From the NCBI GenBank assembly GCA_028708815.1, contig JAQVYB010000001.1:13589-77588 (forward strand): a stretch of DNA of 64,000 nucleotides, written 5' to 3'. Under the pieces are notes generated by a model. That model had not been told where the DNA came from. It saw only the letters and a list, made by a program, of their open reading frames with translations, and did not search any database. The stretch comes from Kiritimatiellia bacterium. Lineage in GTDB: Bacteria > Verrucomicrobiota > Kiritimatiellia > RZYC01. The position numbers and the translations under genes are program-made. Positions 10,901 through 19,611 of the stretch are shown in pieces (within the stretch, counting starts at the first letter, position 1; every line of letters begins with the position of its first letter).

Positions 10901-11464
10901 TTGTTCTTCCAGAATCAGCGCATTGGGTTCGATGATCATGCGCTGATTTCGTTTCATTCCGATGTGGGTGATGTGATTCTGGAAGGGTTCATAGAATTCT
11001 GTTTCGCCGTTGCGTGTGATTTTCAGGAAGGTTCTGAAGCCTTGGGTGGGGGTAAGCTGGTAGGCCCTGTTGGCGGAAAGGAACTCCATCATGGACTGAT
11101 GCTTGTCGCCTACGCCCGCGCTTGCAATGCATTGGCCGCGATTCACATAGAATGTCCACATGGGGATGCCGTGCATGCCGGCCACGCCGGGGAAAAAGCT
11201 GGAGAAGGGCTTGGCGTCATTGTATTGCTCGATGATGAACTCTCCGCCTGCGCCCAATTGATACGTGACTGACTTCTCCGACATAAACATCCTCCATGGA
11301 ACTGAATTATTTGCTGTTTTCATGACCCGGATGGCTTGCCATCCGCACGGCCTGGATTTGAAAAAATCGCGATCATAGTAAAACAAGAACTTCAAAATGT
11401 ATAGAATGGAGATTGGAAAAAGTCGCCTTCGGGCGGGTGGCGGCTGAAAATTATCTGTTTTCAA
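7943..11464 (-). CDS. Large (1173 aa) conserved protein of unknown function, cytoplasmic; possibly a glycoside hydrolase/phosphorylase-like alpha/alpha-barrel protein
   Basis: Uninterrupted 3.5 kb ORF with coding-like composition. No signal peptide. I do not recognise the family from sequence alone. Confidence 0.6.
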   Translation of the reverse strand: MKTDNFQPPPARRRLFPISILYILKFLFYYDRDFFKSRPCGWQAIRVMKTANNSVPWRMFMSEKSVTYQLGAGGEFIIEQYNDAKPFSSFFPGVAGMHGIPMWTFYVNRGQCIASAGVGDKHQSMMEFLSANRAYQLTPTQGFRTFLKITRNGETEFYEPFQNHITHIGMKRNQRMIIEPNALILEEQNSTLGLNFRVSYSPASEESFAALLRTVQIENTGKNPVQIEALDGLALMVPYGVDNENLKEMRYLVQSFVECVNLENNVPFFKGKVKQMDTPQVHRITRGNFYAAFTENRGKTKLVNPVVDPACVFGARQDLSYPENFLQTKGPFKPGAQRLENVLPCALAHVKLTAAPGRTGTFYAIAGHCSNRDMLNRLIPRIAQASFFAEQREIGKRVVEQLSQYNFICSNSPPFDYYCRQNFLDNTLRGGLPVTFSSKAGKKTTFHVYSRAHGDLERDYNSFFIDPTPYSQGNGAYRDINQNRRMDVLLNPNVGMNNILHFFNLNQLDGFNPLTVMPSSFTARKGKALSTLLKSCVPPGKTTRLETLVTSPFRPGDLCMKLQQEGVNLKTSTDTFLAELLPLCERSEETRYGHSYWSDHWHYSLDLIDNFLAVYPDKLRELLIETRQFTFYDNSHVVRPRADKYVLWDELPMQLEAVAQDPAKEKMIQSRNKDKHAVRTRHGMGDVYQTNLLAKLLTMITCKMASLDMAGVGIEMESERPNWYDALNGLPGMFGSSISETLELKRFVRFCRQALQRLNLEPEHEVILPVEVLEFLNGLDALLIKNLKNKSAEADFRYWDASASLKEIYRRSVLMGLDGAETGLKIKSLGAMLERFERKLDRAVAKAMDSKTGVIKTYFRTEILKHSLIHIRDKNGKRVVKTNAKGMPCFIPQKIRHRALPLFLEGPVHFLRVEGPSAQAQALVQQVRKSDLFDRKLKMFKVNADLSAEALEIGRCRTFARGWLENESIWMHMEYKYMLELLRGGHLKEFFTHFRNVLVPFQDPAVYGRSILENSSFIASSANPDSQIHGAGFFARLSGSTAEFAHMLSLMTVGPTPFRQDADGSLLFAPAPTLPAWLFTEKPTDKTLWKEERERPLSFEKNTFSFMFMGGTLITYSNPKRRDTFGAKAVKPVRFNVTTRGGVVKEFSGETLNTQTAQAIRQGDVASIEITLG

Positions 11465-11505
11465 AGCGGGGTCGATGAGCTACCATTCTCATTAAAGGAG
11501 AGGCC

Positions 11506-12654
11506 ATGCGCGCGGCGGAATGCACCTGCAGAGAGTTTCTGAATGGGAACATACAGTATGTTGTCCCTTCGTTTCAGCGTCCTTATCGCTGGAAAAAGGA
11601 GCGATGGCAGACGTTTCTGGAGGGGGTCTTGGATTTATGCACGAAGGAGAAGCAGGCGGAAATCTTTTTGGGGGCGATTGCAATCATGCCGATTGATTCA
11701 ACGCCCAAGGGGGTGCAGAAGTATCTTTTGGTGGATGGGCAGCAGCGTTTAATTACGGTGCTGGCCCTGCTGGCGGCGCTGCGGAACTGTGCGCGGGATG
11801 CCGGGTTGGAGCTGGCGGAACGGATCACGCGCGAGTGTTTGATCAACGAAGAGGAAGAATGGAATTACCGGTACAAACTGCTGCCGAAAGAGCCGAATCG
11901 AAAGGTTTTTTTTCATACTTTGGAGAATGAACCGCATCCCGAGGGCGAGCCGATGTTCGGGGCCACGGAGTTTTTCATGGAACAACTCACGCTTACGGAG
12001 CGCCCCGTGGATTATCACCAGCTCTATGATCTCCTGCTGCGCCATTTTATGATTGTGCGCGTGGTGTTGGACAAGGATGAGAATCCCTATCCGATCTTCA
12101 AGAGTCTGAACATGACCGATGATCCGGAGCCGGCGGTGGGGCTGGAGGAGTACCACCGCTTTGCCTCGGATCCGCGTGTTATGGCCCTGATTGCCGGAGG
12201 CGAGTCCCAGCAGTTGGAATTTAAGGAGGCGATTTCAACCTACACCACGGATACGCGCGACGCCGAGCGGCACGGCGCAGCGATTGTCCGGACGGTGGCC
12301 GCGTTCATGAACAGCTCGATTGGCGGGACGCTCCTGATCGGCGTAGCCGATGATGGCAAGGTGAGCGGAATCAACATGGAGTATGAGCGGGTGGACAAAG
12401 GCAAACCCAACTGGGACGGCTATCATCTGCATTTGCGCAACTTGCTGCGTTCGCGTATTTCCATTGAAAATCCCTTCAAGTATTACACCATCACCAAGCA
12501 CATGGTGGATGGAAGGGACATCTGCCGCATTACGGTCAAGCCATCTCCCGCACCGGTCTACATTGACAAGCACCTGTATGTGCGCTCAGGGAATCAAACC
12601 CTGGAGATGCGCGGGCCGGATTTGGTGGAGCATGTGCGTACGCGCTGGCCGTGA
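11506..12654 (+). CDS. DUF262 (GmrSD N-terminal / ParB-like nuclease-NTPase) domain fused to C-terminal Schlafen-like AlbA_2 domain; candidate defence protein
   Basis: N-terminus has YVVPSFQRPYRWKKERW and LLVDGQQRLITV (DGQQR motif of DUF262). C-terminal half has QQLEFKEAIS...AAFMNSSIGGTLLIGVADDGKVSGI (AlbA_2/Schlafen core). Strong RBS AAAGGAGAGG before the ATG. GC is slightly lower than in neighbouring genes. Confidence 0.8.
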   Translation: MRAAECTCREFLNGNIQYVVPSFQRPYRWKKERWQTFLEGVLDLCTKEKQAEIFLGAIAIMPIDSTPKGVQKYLLVDGQQRLITVLALLAALRNCARDAGLELAERITRECLINEEEEWNYRYKLLPKEPNRKVFFHTLENEPHPEGEPMFGATEFFMEQLTLTERPVDYHQLYDLLLRHFMIVRVVLDKDENPYPIFKSLNMTDDPEPAVGLEEYHRFASDPRVMALIAGGESQQLEFKEAISTYTTDTRDAERHGAAIVRTVAAFMNSSIGGTLLIGVADDGKVSGINMEYERVDKGKPNWDGYHLHLRNLLRSRISIENPFKYYTITKHMVDGRDICRITVKPSPAPVYIDKHLYVRSGNQTLEMRGPDLVEHVRTRWP

Positions 12655-12802
12655 TGCTGAAAAGAATGGTTCTCGGGCAGGGCGAAGCCTCCGGCAGAGC
12701 CGGTTGTTTGGCGGGAGGGCTGTCTTGTGTTTGCTCTGGTCTTAGAATTTTCTTTTCATTGGTTGCGGATTCGGGTAGCTCAGGTTGCCATGTGGAGCGA
12801 TT

Positions 12803-12887
12803 GGGCGAGTGGTGAAATTGGCAGACACGCCAGACTTAGGATCTGGTGCTTTACGGCTTGCGGGTTCGAGTCCCGCCTCGCCCACCA
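12803..12887 (+). tRNA. tRNA-Leu (anticodon TAG), 85 nt with long variable arm, CCA encoded
   Basis: Acceptor stem GGGCGAG/CTCGCCC, discriminator A then CCA. T-arm GCGGGTTCGAGTCCCGC. Anticodon stem-loop CCAGA-CTTAGGA-TCTGG gives anticodon TAG. Long variable arm is typical of Leu. Confidence 0.85.
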
Positions 12888-12911
12888 CGCTATACATGAT
12901 CGGATGTTGCG

Positions 12912-13253
12912 TTATCGAGTCTTGTAGGCCACTGTTCCGCCTATAGTCAGCGAGCAGGTGTCCACTTGCTCTTTGCCCACATCATACTTTCTGATGTCCG
13001 TTTGACGCAGGTATTCTCCGATGTGGTCCCATTCCACGGTATCCCCTTCGGCGCCTCCGGCATCCATGGCATATCGGGCAATGGCGCCTTCAATCTGTGT
13101 GCAGTTCGTCGCTTTACTGGTGCCCAGTGACTTTTCCCTGGCCTTCATGAAGGACGGGATTCCTATGGCAGCCAGGAGGCCAATGATCGCCACGACGATC
13201 ATGATCTCCACCAGGGTGAAGCCCTGGGGTTTCCTGTTGTTGGTTGAGTTCAT
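12912..13253 (-). CDS. Type IV pilin / T2SS pseudopilin-like protein with prepilin N-terminal cleavage/methylation domain (major pilin paralog 1)
   Basis: MNSTNNRKPQG|FTLVEIMIVVAIIGLLAAIGIPSF carries the PilD G|FTLxE signature. The N-terminal 25 residues of the mature part are identical to the paralog at 13444..13779. Confidence 0.85.
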   Translation of the reverse strand: MNSTNNRKPQGFTLVEIMIVVAIIGLLAAIGIPSFMKAREKSLGTSKATNCTQIEGAIARYAMDAGGAEGDTVEWDHIGEYLRQTDIRKYDVGKEQVDTCSLTIGGTVAYKTR

Positions 13254-13370
13254 TGTGGCGTTTCTTTTTCATGTTTTTATTTTTATTAAGTTCCACCTGG
13301 AGTCCTGAAGAAACTCGAGAATGAGAGGGGTATTCTTCAGTGGACCCCATGTGGGCAAGTTATTACTTGA

Positions 13371-13385
13371 GCAGAAACAATGCCA
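13371..13385 (-). promoter_or_regulatory. Possible sigma-54 promoter (TGGCAT-N5-CTGC) for pilin paralog 1
   Basis: Minus-strand sequence TGGCATTGTTTCTGC keeps the conserved -24 GG and -12 GC. It partly overlaps the A/T tract of the upstream terminator. Confidence 0.35.
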
Positions 13386-13414
13386 AAAAAAGCCCCCGGA
13401 TTTCTCCGGGGGCT
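13384..13414 (-). terminator. Rho-independent terminator downstream of pilin paralog 2
   Basis: Minus-strand hairpin GCCCCCGGA-GAAA-TCCGGGGGC followed by TTTTTTT. Confidence 0.7.
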
Positions 13415-13443
13415 GTGAATCCAGGTTATCCCTGTTTCAGGAC

Positions 13444-13779
13444 TTAATCATTATAGGTAACCGAACCGCCGATCGTAGCCGGGAAGTTAATGGTCTTCGT
13501 GGATACGGTGTAATCGGTCTGGTTTGTTTTCTTCAGGTAAGGTGCGACGTCGGCCCATGTGACGGCCACGGTGCTGTTCGTTGCGCCATTATCCAGAGCC
13601 CACTCCTGAATGGCATCTTCAATCTTGGCAATATTGGCTTCTTTCGTTGTGCCCAGAGCCTTGGTGCGGGCCTTCATGAAAGAAGGAATACCAATAGCGG
13701 CCAGCAGTCCAATAATGGCGACTACGATCATAATCTCGACCAACGTGAAACCAGCTTTGCTTTTTTCTGTCTTTTTCAT
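13444..13779 (-). CDS. Type IV pilin / pseudopilin-like protein (major pilin paralog 2)
   Basis: MKKTEKSKAG|FTLVEIMIVVAIIGLLAAIGIPSFMKAR. RBS AAAGGAG lies 9 nt upstream of the ATG. Confidence 0.88.
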   Translation of the reverse strand: MKKTEKSKAGFTLVEIMIVVAIIGLLAAIGIPSFMKARTKALGTTKEANIAKIEDAIQEWALDNGATNSTVAVTWADVAPYLKKTNQTDYTVSTKTINFPATIGGSVTYND

Positions 13780-13925
13780 TGTCCCATGCTCCTTTGATTT
13801 ATTTTCAGTATTTCTTTTTTATCGTTGTTCATCCTGCGGAAAGGCCCGCAGGCAACTTTGCGCCGGCAGTGAGCCTCTCCGCTCCCCGCCGATCTGCCGG
13901 ATTCCCGGAACAGATGTACTATTCA

Positions 13926-13940
13926 GCAAAAGACGTGCCA
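13926..13940 (-). promoter_or_regulatory. Sigma-54 (RpoN) promoter, perfect -24/-12 consensus TGGCAC-N5-TTGC, driving pilin paralog 2
   Basis: Minus strand reads TGGCACGTCTTTTGC, about 150 bp upstream of the pilin ATG. A sigma-54 activator gene (14280..15665) is adjacent. Confidence 0.75.
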
Positions 13941-14279
13941 AATCTGGATAACGCCTGCTGAACGGTTTGAATTATAGAGCGAATCCGAAAAGGAGCAAGA
14001 AAATAGAAGGGAATGAGTGGGTTGAGCTTCTCAAAAATAAGAATTAATCAACTATGAGAAAACAGGAGGGTGCCTGGGAAGAGACCCGCAGCCCTGCACG
14101 TTTTGAGTAGGGCGAGGCCTTCGCACGAGCCGGCGTTGGGCGATTGACTGGACGCGGGGGGCGGCTCACCGGGACCTGACGTCGCCCAAGGCTATGTCAG
14201 GCACGCAGGTTCGCCCTGTCTTGGTTCTGAGCGGAATCCTTGGCTCCGAACAGAATCATATTGTTGCGCAAGGGGCCAT

Positions 14280-15665
14280 TCAGGATTTGTCGGAGAGTTT
14301 GCGATAAAGGGTCGCCACGCTGATGTCCAGGGCCTGCGCCGCCTTTTCCTTGTCGCCATTGAGATTGTTCATGACATTGGAGAGGTATTCCTTTTCCTTG
14401 GAGCGGAGAAAGGCTTTCAGGGATTTGCCCTTGAACTTGGCGGCTTGACTGGAGGCGGCGGCGTGCGAGCCGCTTTCGCCGGCGGGCATTTCGCCCACGG
14501 ATTCAACGAGTTTGGGAGGCAGGGCGGAGCGGGTGATGGTATTGTTTTCCGCGAAGGCGAGGGCGTGCTGAATCACATTTTCCAGTTCGCGGACGTTCCC
14601 CGGCCAGGGGTGGCGTTCGAGAATGATTTCGGCTTCATGATCGATCGAGATGGTTGGCTGATCGGGACGGGCGCGCCGTTTCAGGAAGTGTTGAACGAGG
14701 GGCAGGATGTCCGTGACGCGTTCGCGCAGCGGGGGAATATCAATGGTAATGACGCTTAGACGATAGAAGAGATCTTCCCGGAAGCGCCCCTGTTCGATGA
14801 GGGATTCCAGCCGTTCGTTGGAAGCGGCAATGAGGCGCACGTCCACGGCGACATTCTGCGTGCCGCCGACCCGGCGTATCTGCATGTCTTGCAGGACGCG
14901 CAGCAGTTTCGACTGAATGGCGAGGGGCATGGCGCCGATTTCGTCGAGGAAGAGTGTTCCGCCGTGGGCGGATTCGAAGAGTCCCTCCTTGTTGGAGGTG
15001 GCGCCGGTGAAGGCGCCTTTGACGTGGCCGAACATTTCCGATTCGAGGAGGGGTTCGGGCAGTGCCGCGCAGTTGACGGCGATGAATTCCTCTTTTTTCC
15101 GGTTGCTGTATTGGTGCAGGGCTCGAGCGACCAGTTCTTTTCCGGTGCCGCTTTCTCCATAGATGAGGACCGTCGTGTCGGTTGGGGCCACGCGCTCAAT
15201 CATTTCGCACACCTGCTTCATGCCGTCGCTCTCCGACACGATGTTGTCGAGCCGGTTGGTTGCCATGAGGCGTTCTTTAAGGCCTTTGTTTTCGGCCAGT
15301 ACGTTGCCGTATTCCAGGGCACGCTGCACGGTGATTTGCAGTTCATCGAGTTTGAAGGGCTTGGTGATATAGTCGTAGGCGCCGCATTTCATGGCCTCGA
15401 CAGCCGTGGAGACGGTTCCGAAGGCGGTGAGCATGATGACCTGGGTCTCGGGGGATTTCTCGCGTGCGAAGCGCAGGACTTCCATACCGTTGACGGGTTC
15501 CATGTTGATGTCCGAAATCAGCAGGTCAAAGGTTTCTTTTTCCAGCAGGTGCATGGCCTCTTCGCCATTTTTTGCCGGTGATACGTCATAGCCGTTGCTG
15601 ATGAGAATTTTGTTGAGGATGTTGAGGATGACCGGTTCGTCATCCACCGTTAGAATACGTGCCAT
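14280..15665 (-). CDS. Sigma-54-dependent response regulator (NtrC/PilR family: REC + AAA+ sigma-54 activator + Fis-type HTH)
   Basis: REC N-terminus (ILTVDDEPVILNIL...DLLISDINMEPVNGMEVLR). Walker A GESGTGKELVARALH and GAFTGA-like ESEMFGHVKGAFTGA. C-terminal HTH AAQALDISVATLYRKL. Confidence 0.9.
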   Translation of the reverse strand: MARILTVDDEPVILNILNKILISNGYDVSPAKNGEEAMHLLEKETFDLLISDINMEPVNGMEVLRFAREKSPETQVIMLTAFGTVSTAVEAMKCGAYDYITKPFKLDELQITVQRALEYGNVLAENKGLKERLMATNRLDNIVSESDGMKQVCEMIERVAPTDTTVLIYGESGTGKELVARALHQYSNRKKEEFIAVNCAALPEPLLESEMFGHVKGAFTGATSNKEGLFESAHGGTLFLDEIGAMPLAIQSKLLRVLQDMQIRRVGGTQNVAVDVRLIAASNERLESLIEQGRFREDLFYRLSVITIDIPPLRERVTDILPLVQHFLKRRARPDQPTISIDHEAEIILERHPWPGNVRELENVIQHALAFAENNTITRSALPPKLVESVGEMPAGESGSHAAASSQAAKFKGKSLKAFLRSKEKEYLSNVMNNLNGDKEKAAQALDISVATLYRKLSDKS

Positions 15666-15681
15666 GAATACTCCTTCTCTG

Positions 15682-16803
15682 TTACATATTGATAATTTCG
15701 CTCATTTTAAAGATGGGCAGGAACATACAAATGACGATACTGCCGATCAGCAGCCCTACGAAAACCATGAGAAGCGGCTCGATCATGGAGGTGAGTCCGG
15801 CGACCATGGTTTCCACTTCGTCCTCGTAAAACTCGGCTGTTTTATCGAGCATTTCCTCGACTTTTCCTGTTTTTTCACCGGCGGCGAGCATGTGGATGAG
15901 CATGCGTGGGTAGTATTTGCTTTTCTGAAGGGCGGTGGAAAGGGGTTCGCCGCGTTCCACGGTGGCCTTGGCTTCGTTGAGTACCTTGCCGATAACGAGG
16001 TTTCCAGTGGCCAACGCGACGATGTCCAGGGCCTGAAGAATCGGTACGCCACTGTGCATGAGCTGGCTGAAGGTGGAGGAAAAGCGGCTGATGGCGAGCC
16101 CCTGGCTGAGTTTGCCGAGCAGCGGGAAGCGCAATTTCATTTCATCCACCATGTAGGCGCCTTTTTTTGTTTTTTTAAAGCGGATGAATCCATAGATCAG
16201 GCCCCCCAGTATGCCAATGGTGAGCAGGGCGTTGTTGCGTATGGCATTGCTGATGTCGAGGAGTGCCTGCGTGGGGCCGGGCAGTCCGGCGCCGAAATCG
16301 GAGAACATGCCGACAAACGTGGGCAAGACGAACACAATCAGGGCCGAGGCCAGGATGATGGCTGCCATCAAAACAATGATGGGATACATCATGGCGGATT
16401 TAACCTTGCGGCGCAGGCGTCCGCTGGCTTCCAGGAAGGTCGCCACGCGGGAGGCGGTTTCGGCCAGAATGCCGCCCATTTCTCCGGCCCGCATCATGTT
16501 GACGTAGAGGCCGTCGAAGATGCCGGGATAGGCCGCGAGGGCTTCGGAGTACATGGAGCCGCCTTCCACCCGCATGCGAACGGAGGAAACAATGGGGCGG
16601 AAGTTGACATCCTCGCTTTGTTCTTCGAGAGCCATCAGGCATTGCACGAGCGGCATGCCCGAACCGAGCATGGCGGAGAGCTGCCGTGTGAAGATGGGCA
16701 GGGCTTTCGTCCGTATCTTTCCGGCGCCACGGACTTTTAAACCCTTCTTCTTTTTTTTCTTTTTGGCATCCTGGGCCGCTTGGGTGAAATCTTTTGTGGC
16801 CAT
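15682..16803 (-). CDS. pilC: Type IV pilus / T2SS inner-membrane platform protein PilC/GspF family
   Basis: 373 aa, two GspF repeats with 3 TM segments. Sits between the PilB-like ATPase and the PilR-like regulator. Confidence 0.85.
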   Translation of the reverse strand: MATKDFTQAAQDAKKKKKKKGLKVRGAGKIRTKALPIFTRQLSAMLGSGMPLVQCLMALEEQSEDVNFRPIVSSVRMRVEGGSMYSEALAAYPGIFDGLYVNMMRAGEMGGILAETASRVATFLEASGRLRRKVKSAMMYPIIVLMAAIILASALIVFVLPTFVGMFSDFGAGLPGPTQALLDISNAIRNNALLTIGILGGLIYGFIRFKKTKKGAYMVDEMKLRFPLLGKLSQGLAISRFSSTFSQLMHSGVPILQALDIVALATGNLVIGKVLNEAKATVERGEPLSTALQKSKYYPRMLIHMLAAGEKTGKVEEMLDKTAEFYEDEVETMVAGLTSMIEPLLMVFVGLLIGSIVICMFLPIFKMSEIINM

Positions 16804-16806
16804 GGG

Positions 16807-18576
16807 TTACTCCGAGGTGGTGACGCGCAGAATTTCTTCGATGGTGGAGACGCCGGCCTCCGCCTGGGTCAGGCCGACATCGCGCAGGGTGGCCATGCCT
16901 TCCTCGATGGCCGCGTTGCGGATGACATTGGCATCGGTGCTTTCGAGAATGGTATGGCGGAGACGTTCGCTCAGGAGGAGAATTTCCATGAGGGCGCCGC
17001 GGCCTTTGTAGCCCATGTTGGCGCATTTGGGGCATCCCACGGCTTCATAGAACGAGGCCTCGCGGAACTTTTCGGGATCGAGGCGGTTCTTCCTCAGTGT
17101 TTCTTCCGGGAAGGCCGTGATTCTTTTGCAGGTGGGGCAGAGTTTGCGGTAGAGGCGCTGGGCCTGCGTCATGATCAGGGAGGAGGCGAGCAGGAAGGGC
17201 TCTATGCCCATGTAGGCGAGACGGGCTACCGCGCCGGCGGCGTCGTTGGTGTGCAGGGTGCTGAGCACGAGATGTCCGGTGAGAGCGGCTTGTACGGCGA
17301 TGGAGCCGGTCTCGTTGTCACGTATTTCTCCGATGAGCACGATGTCGGGGTCCTGACGCAGAATGGAGCGCAGTCCGGCGGCGAAAGTCAGGCCGACTTC
17401 CGCGTGGGTTTGGACCTGATTGATGCCGGGGAGCTGGTATTCAACGGGATCTTCCACGGTGATGATGTTCACATCCGGCTGGTTGAGTTCCTGCAGGGCG
17501 GAATAGAGGGTGGTTGTTTTTCCGCTGCCGGTGGGTCCGGTCACAAGCAGCATGCCGTGCGGCTGACTGATGGCAAACATGAGTTTTTCGTAGTCGGACT
17601 CGCGCAGGTGCAGGGCGGCCAGATTGGGGGCGAGGGAGGATTTGTCCAGGGTACGCATGACGATTTTTTCGCCGTGCACGGTGGGCAGAATGCTGACGCG
17701 CAGATCCACTTCTTTCCCCAGTGCCTTGATCTTGAAGCGTCCATCCTGCGGAACGCGGCGCTCGGCAATGTTGAGGTTGGACATGATCTTGATGCGCGAG
17801 ATGATGGCGTTCTGCAGGCTCTTGGGCGGCTTGGGATTTTCGTAGAGAATGCCGTCTACGCGGTAGCGCAGGCGGATGGATTTTTCCATCGGTTCGATGT
17901 GAATATCGCTGGCCTTTTTGCGCAGGGCTTCGATCAGAATGGAGTTCACAATGCGAATGACGGGGGCATCCTCGGCGCTTTCCATCATTTCATCGAGACT
18001 GGTATCTTCGGCGGCGTTTTCGCCGACTTCAATTTCGTCGTCGTTGGCCATGTCTTTCAGAATGTCTTCCAAGGCCTGCGCGGGTTCCTTGGTGAAACTG
18101 TCGAGTACCCGGTTGATTTCTTTTTCGGTGGCGACGAGGATGACCACGTCGAGTCCGGTTTGTGCCTGAACGTTTTCGATGTCGGGCACGTTGAACGGGT
18201 CACAGGTGGCCACGGTAAGCATCTTTCCGATGCGTGCGATAGGGAGCATCCCGAATTGCTTCCAGGTGGCTTTTGGAAGCAGTTCCATCAGGACATCGTG
18301 CGGGGTGAAGTCGTCGAGGGTAATGGGGCGGATATCCAGATATTCGCCCATGCTGAGAATCAGGTCGTATTCCGTGATCAGTTGTTTATCCAGCAGGATT
18401 TTTTCGAGAGCGACCCCGCTTTGCTCGGACTCGGCCTGTACGGTGTTCAGGACGTGGGCCTCCAGAGACGTCCGTTTCAAGATCGTCTTAACCAGTTGGT
18501 TATGAGAAGCAGTAATCATGTTTTTCGAAATCCGCCCCGTCTTGCTGTGTTTTCTGAACCCGATGCGAGAAAACAT
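16807..18576 (-). CDS. pilB: Type IV pilus assembly / T2SS ATPase PilB/GspE
   Basis: N-terminal T2SSE_N domain. Walker A VTGPTGSGKTTTLYSAL. Walker B region LIGEIRD. C-terminal tetracysteine CPTCKR...CPKC. Confidence 0.9.
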   Translation of the reverse strand: MFSRIGFRKHSKTGRISKNMITASHNQLVKTILKRTSLEAHVLNTVQAESEQSGVALEKILLDKQLITEYDLILSMGEYLDIRPITLDDFTPHDVLMELLPKATWKQFGMLPIARIGKMLTVATCDPFNVPDIENVQAQTGLDVVILVATEKEINRVLDSFTKEPAQALEDILKDMANDDEIEVGENAAEDTSLDEMMESAEDAPVIRIVNSILIEALRKKASDIHIEPMEKSIRLRYRVDGILYENPKPPKSLQNAIISRIKIMSNLNIAERRVPQDGRFKIKALGKEVDLRVSILPTVHGEKIVMRTLDKSSLAPNLAALHLRESDYEKLMFAISQPHGMLLVTGPTGSGKTTTLYSALQELNQPDVNIITVEDPVEYQLPGINQVQTHAEVGLTFAAGLRSILRQDPDIVLIGEIRDNETGSIAVQAALTGHLVLSTLHTNDAAGAVARLAYMGIEPFLLASSLIMTQAQRLYRKLCPTCKRITAFPEETLRKNRLDPEKFREASFYEAVGCPKCANMGYKGRGALMEILLLSERLRHTILESTDANVIRNAAIEEGMATLRDVGLTQAEAGVSTIEEILRVTTSE

Positions 18577-18672
18577 GTATTACACACGATTCTCAAATTT
18601 ATCAAACATAATTCTCAAAAATGAGACGCCTTTTTTGTTGAGTTCGCTTTTCTGTCCTTCTATAAGCAGGCC

Positions 18673-19539
18673 ATGAGTGAGCAGGAAAGAGCCGGTGATT
18701 CGAGTCAGGCCGATGGCGCCTTGCGCGAGACCATCACCATGTTCGAGCAGATCCTGGAGGTCATGCCGGACGACGAAATGGCCATCCGCACCTTGTACGA
18801 CAGTTATAGGCAGGTCGGAGAAACGTCAAAGGCGTTTTCCATGCTCCAGCGTCTGACGGAAATTGTCCTTGCCGAGGATAACCATGATCTTTCGGGTTTT
18901 TTGTTGGATCAGTTCAGTCAGTATGAAGACCTGATCGATGATTCCTGTGTGCCGTTGATTGAGCGGCTTCAGCAGTTTGCGGATACCGCGCCGGTCCTTT
19001 CGGAAGCGGAGACGGCGGAGACGGTGGAGTCGGCGGGGGAAGCACCTGCGCTGCGCGAAGTGAAAATCGGCGAGGAGGACCGCAAGGATGCCGAGGTGGC
19101 CCTGGTGTGGAATCTCTATCAGGCCGGCATGATCACCGAAGACGATTACACCATGATTTTAAAAGATTTGACGGAGATGGTTTCGAAGCAGGCGATGGTG
19201 CCCAGCACGGTCATGCACGTGCTCTTCGACCGCAGCTATTCCCACTTTTCCTCCGTGGTGGCTTACATGGCCAAACAGTCGGGCTCGCCGTTCATTTCGC
19301 TGGCGAATTTTGATGTACCCGGGGAACTGGTGACACTGCTTCCCGCGGAATTTGTCTATCACAATGCCGCGATTGTATTTAAGAAGATTCAGGAGGATCT
19401 GCTGGTGGCCATGCTTAATCCCTTCGACCGCAAGCTCAAGGATGCCGTCGAGGAGATGACCGGTCGAACCTGCCACTATTACCTGATCACGGCAGAAGAA
19501 TACGATGGCCTTCTTAAGAAGATGAAAGAGGCGCTCTAA
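18673..19539 (+). CDS. Protein with C-terminal T2SSE_N (GspE-N / MshEN-like) domain, divergently transcribed from pilB; possible c-di-GMP-binding regulator of the pilus ATPase
   Basis: C-terminal 140 aa (SSVVAYMAKQSGSPFISLANFDVPGELVTLLPAEFVYHNAAIVFKKIQEDLLVAMLNPFD) resembles the GspE N-terminal domain. The acidic N-terminal half is unique. Confidence 0.6.
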   Translation: MSEQERAGDSSQADGALRETITMFEQILEVMPDDEMAIRTLYDSYRQVGETSKAFSMLQRLTEIVLAEDNHDLSGFLLDQFSQYEDLIDDSCVPLIERLQQFADTAPVLSEAETAETVESAGEAPALREVKIGEEDRKDAEVALVWNLYQAGMITEDDYTMILKDLTEMVSKQAMVPSTVMHVLFDRSYSHFSSVVAYMAKQSGSPFISLANFDVPGELVTLLPAEFVYHNAAIVFKKIQEDLLVAMLNPFDRKLKDAVEEMTGRTCHYYLITAEEYDGLLKKMKEAL

Positions 19540-19611
19540 CGGCGTGTCGGGCTTTGGCCCGCCATCCTGCCGGTGAACCACCGCGGATGCGCGGTGGCTC
19601 TGTGTTTGGAA

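Noticed and set aside
12727-12927. 66-aa ORF
   Set aside because: Overlaps tRNA-Leu(TAG), which has a textbook cloverleaf.
13941-14279. Possible sRNA or enhancer in the 340-bp non-coding gap between the PilR-like gene and the pilin sigma-54 promoter
   Set aside because: No terminator, promoter or repeated activator-binding motif could be identified by eye. Could be upstream activator sequences but unsupported.
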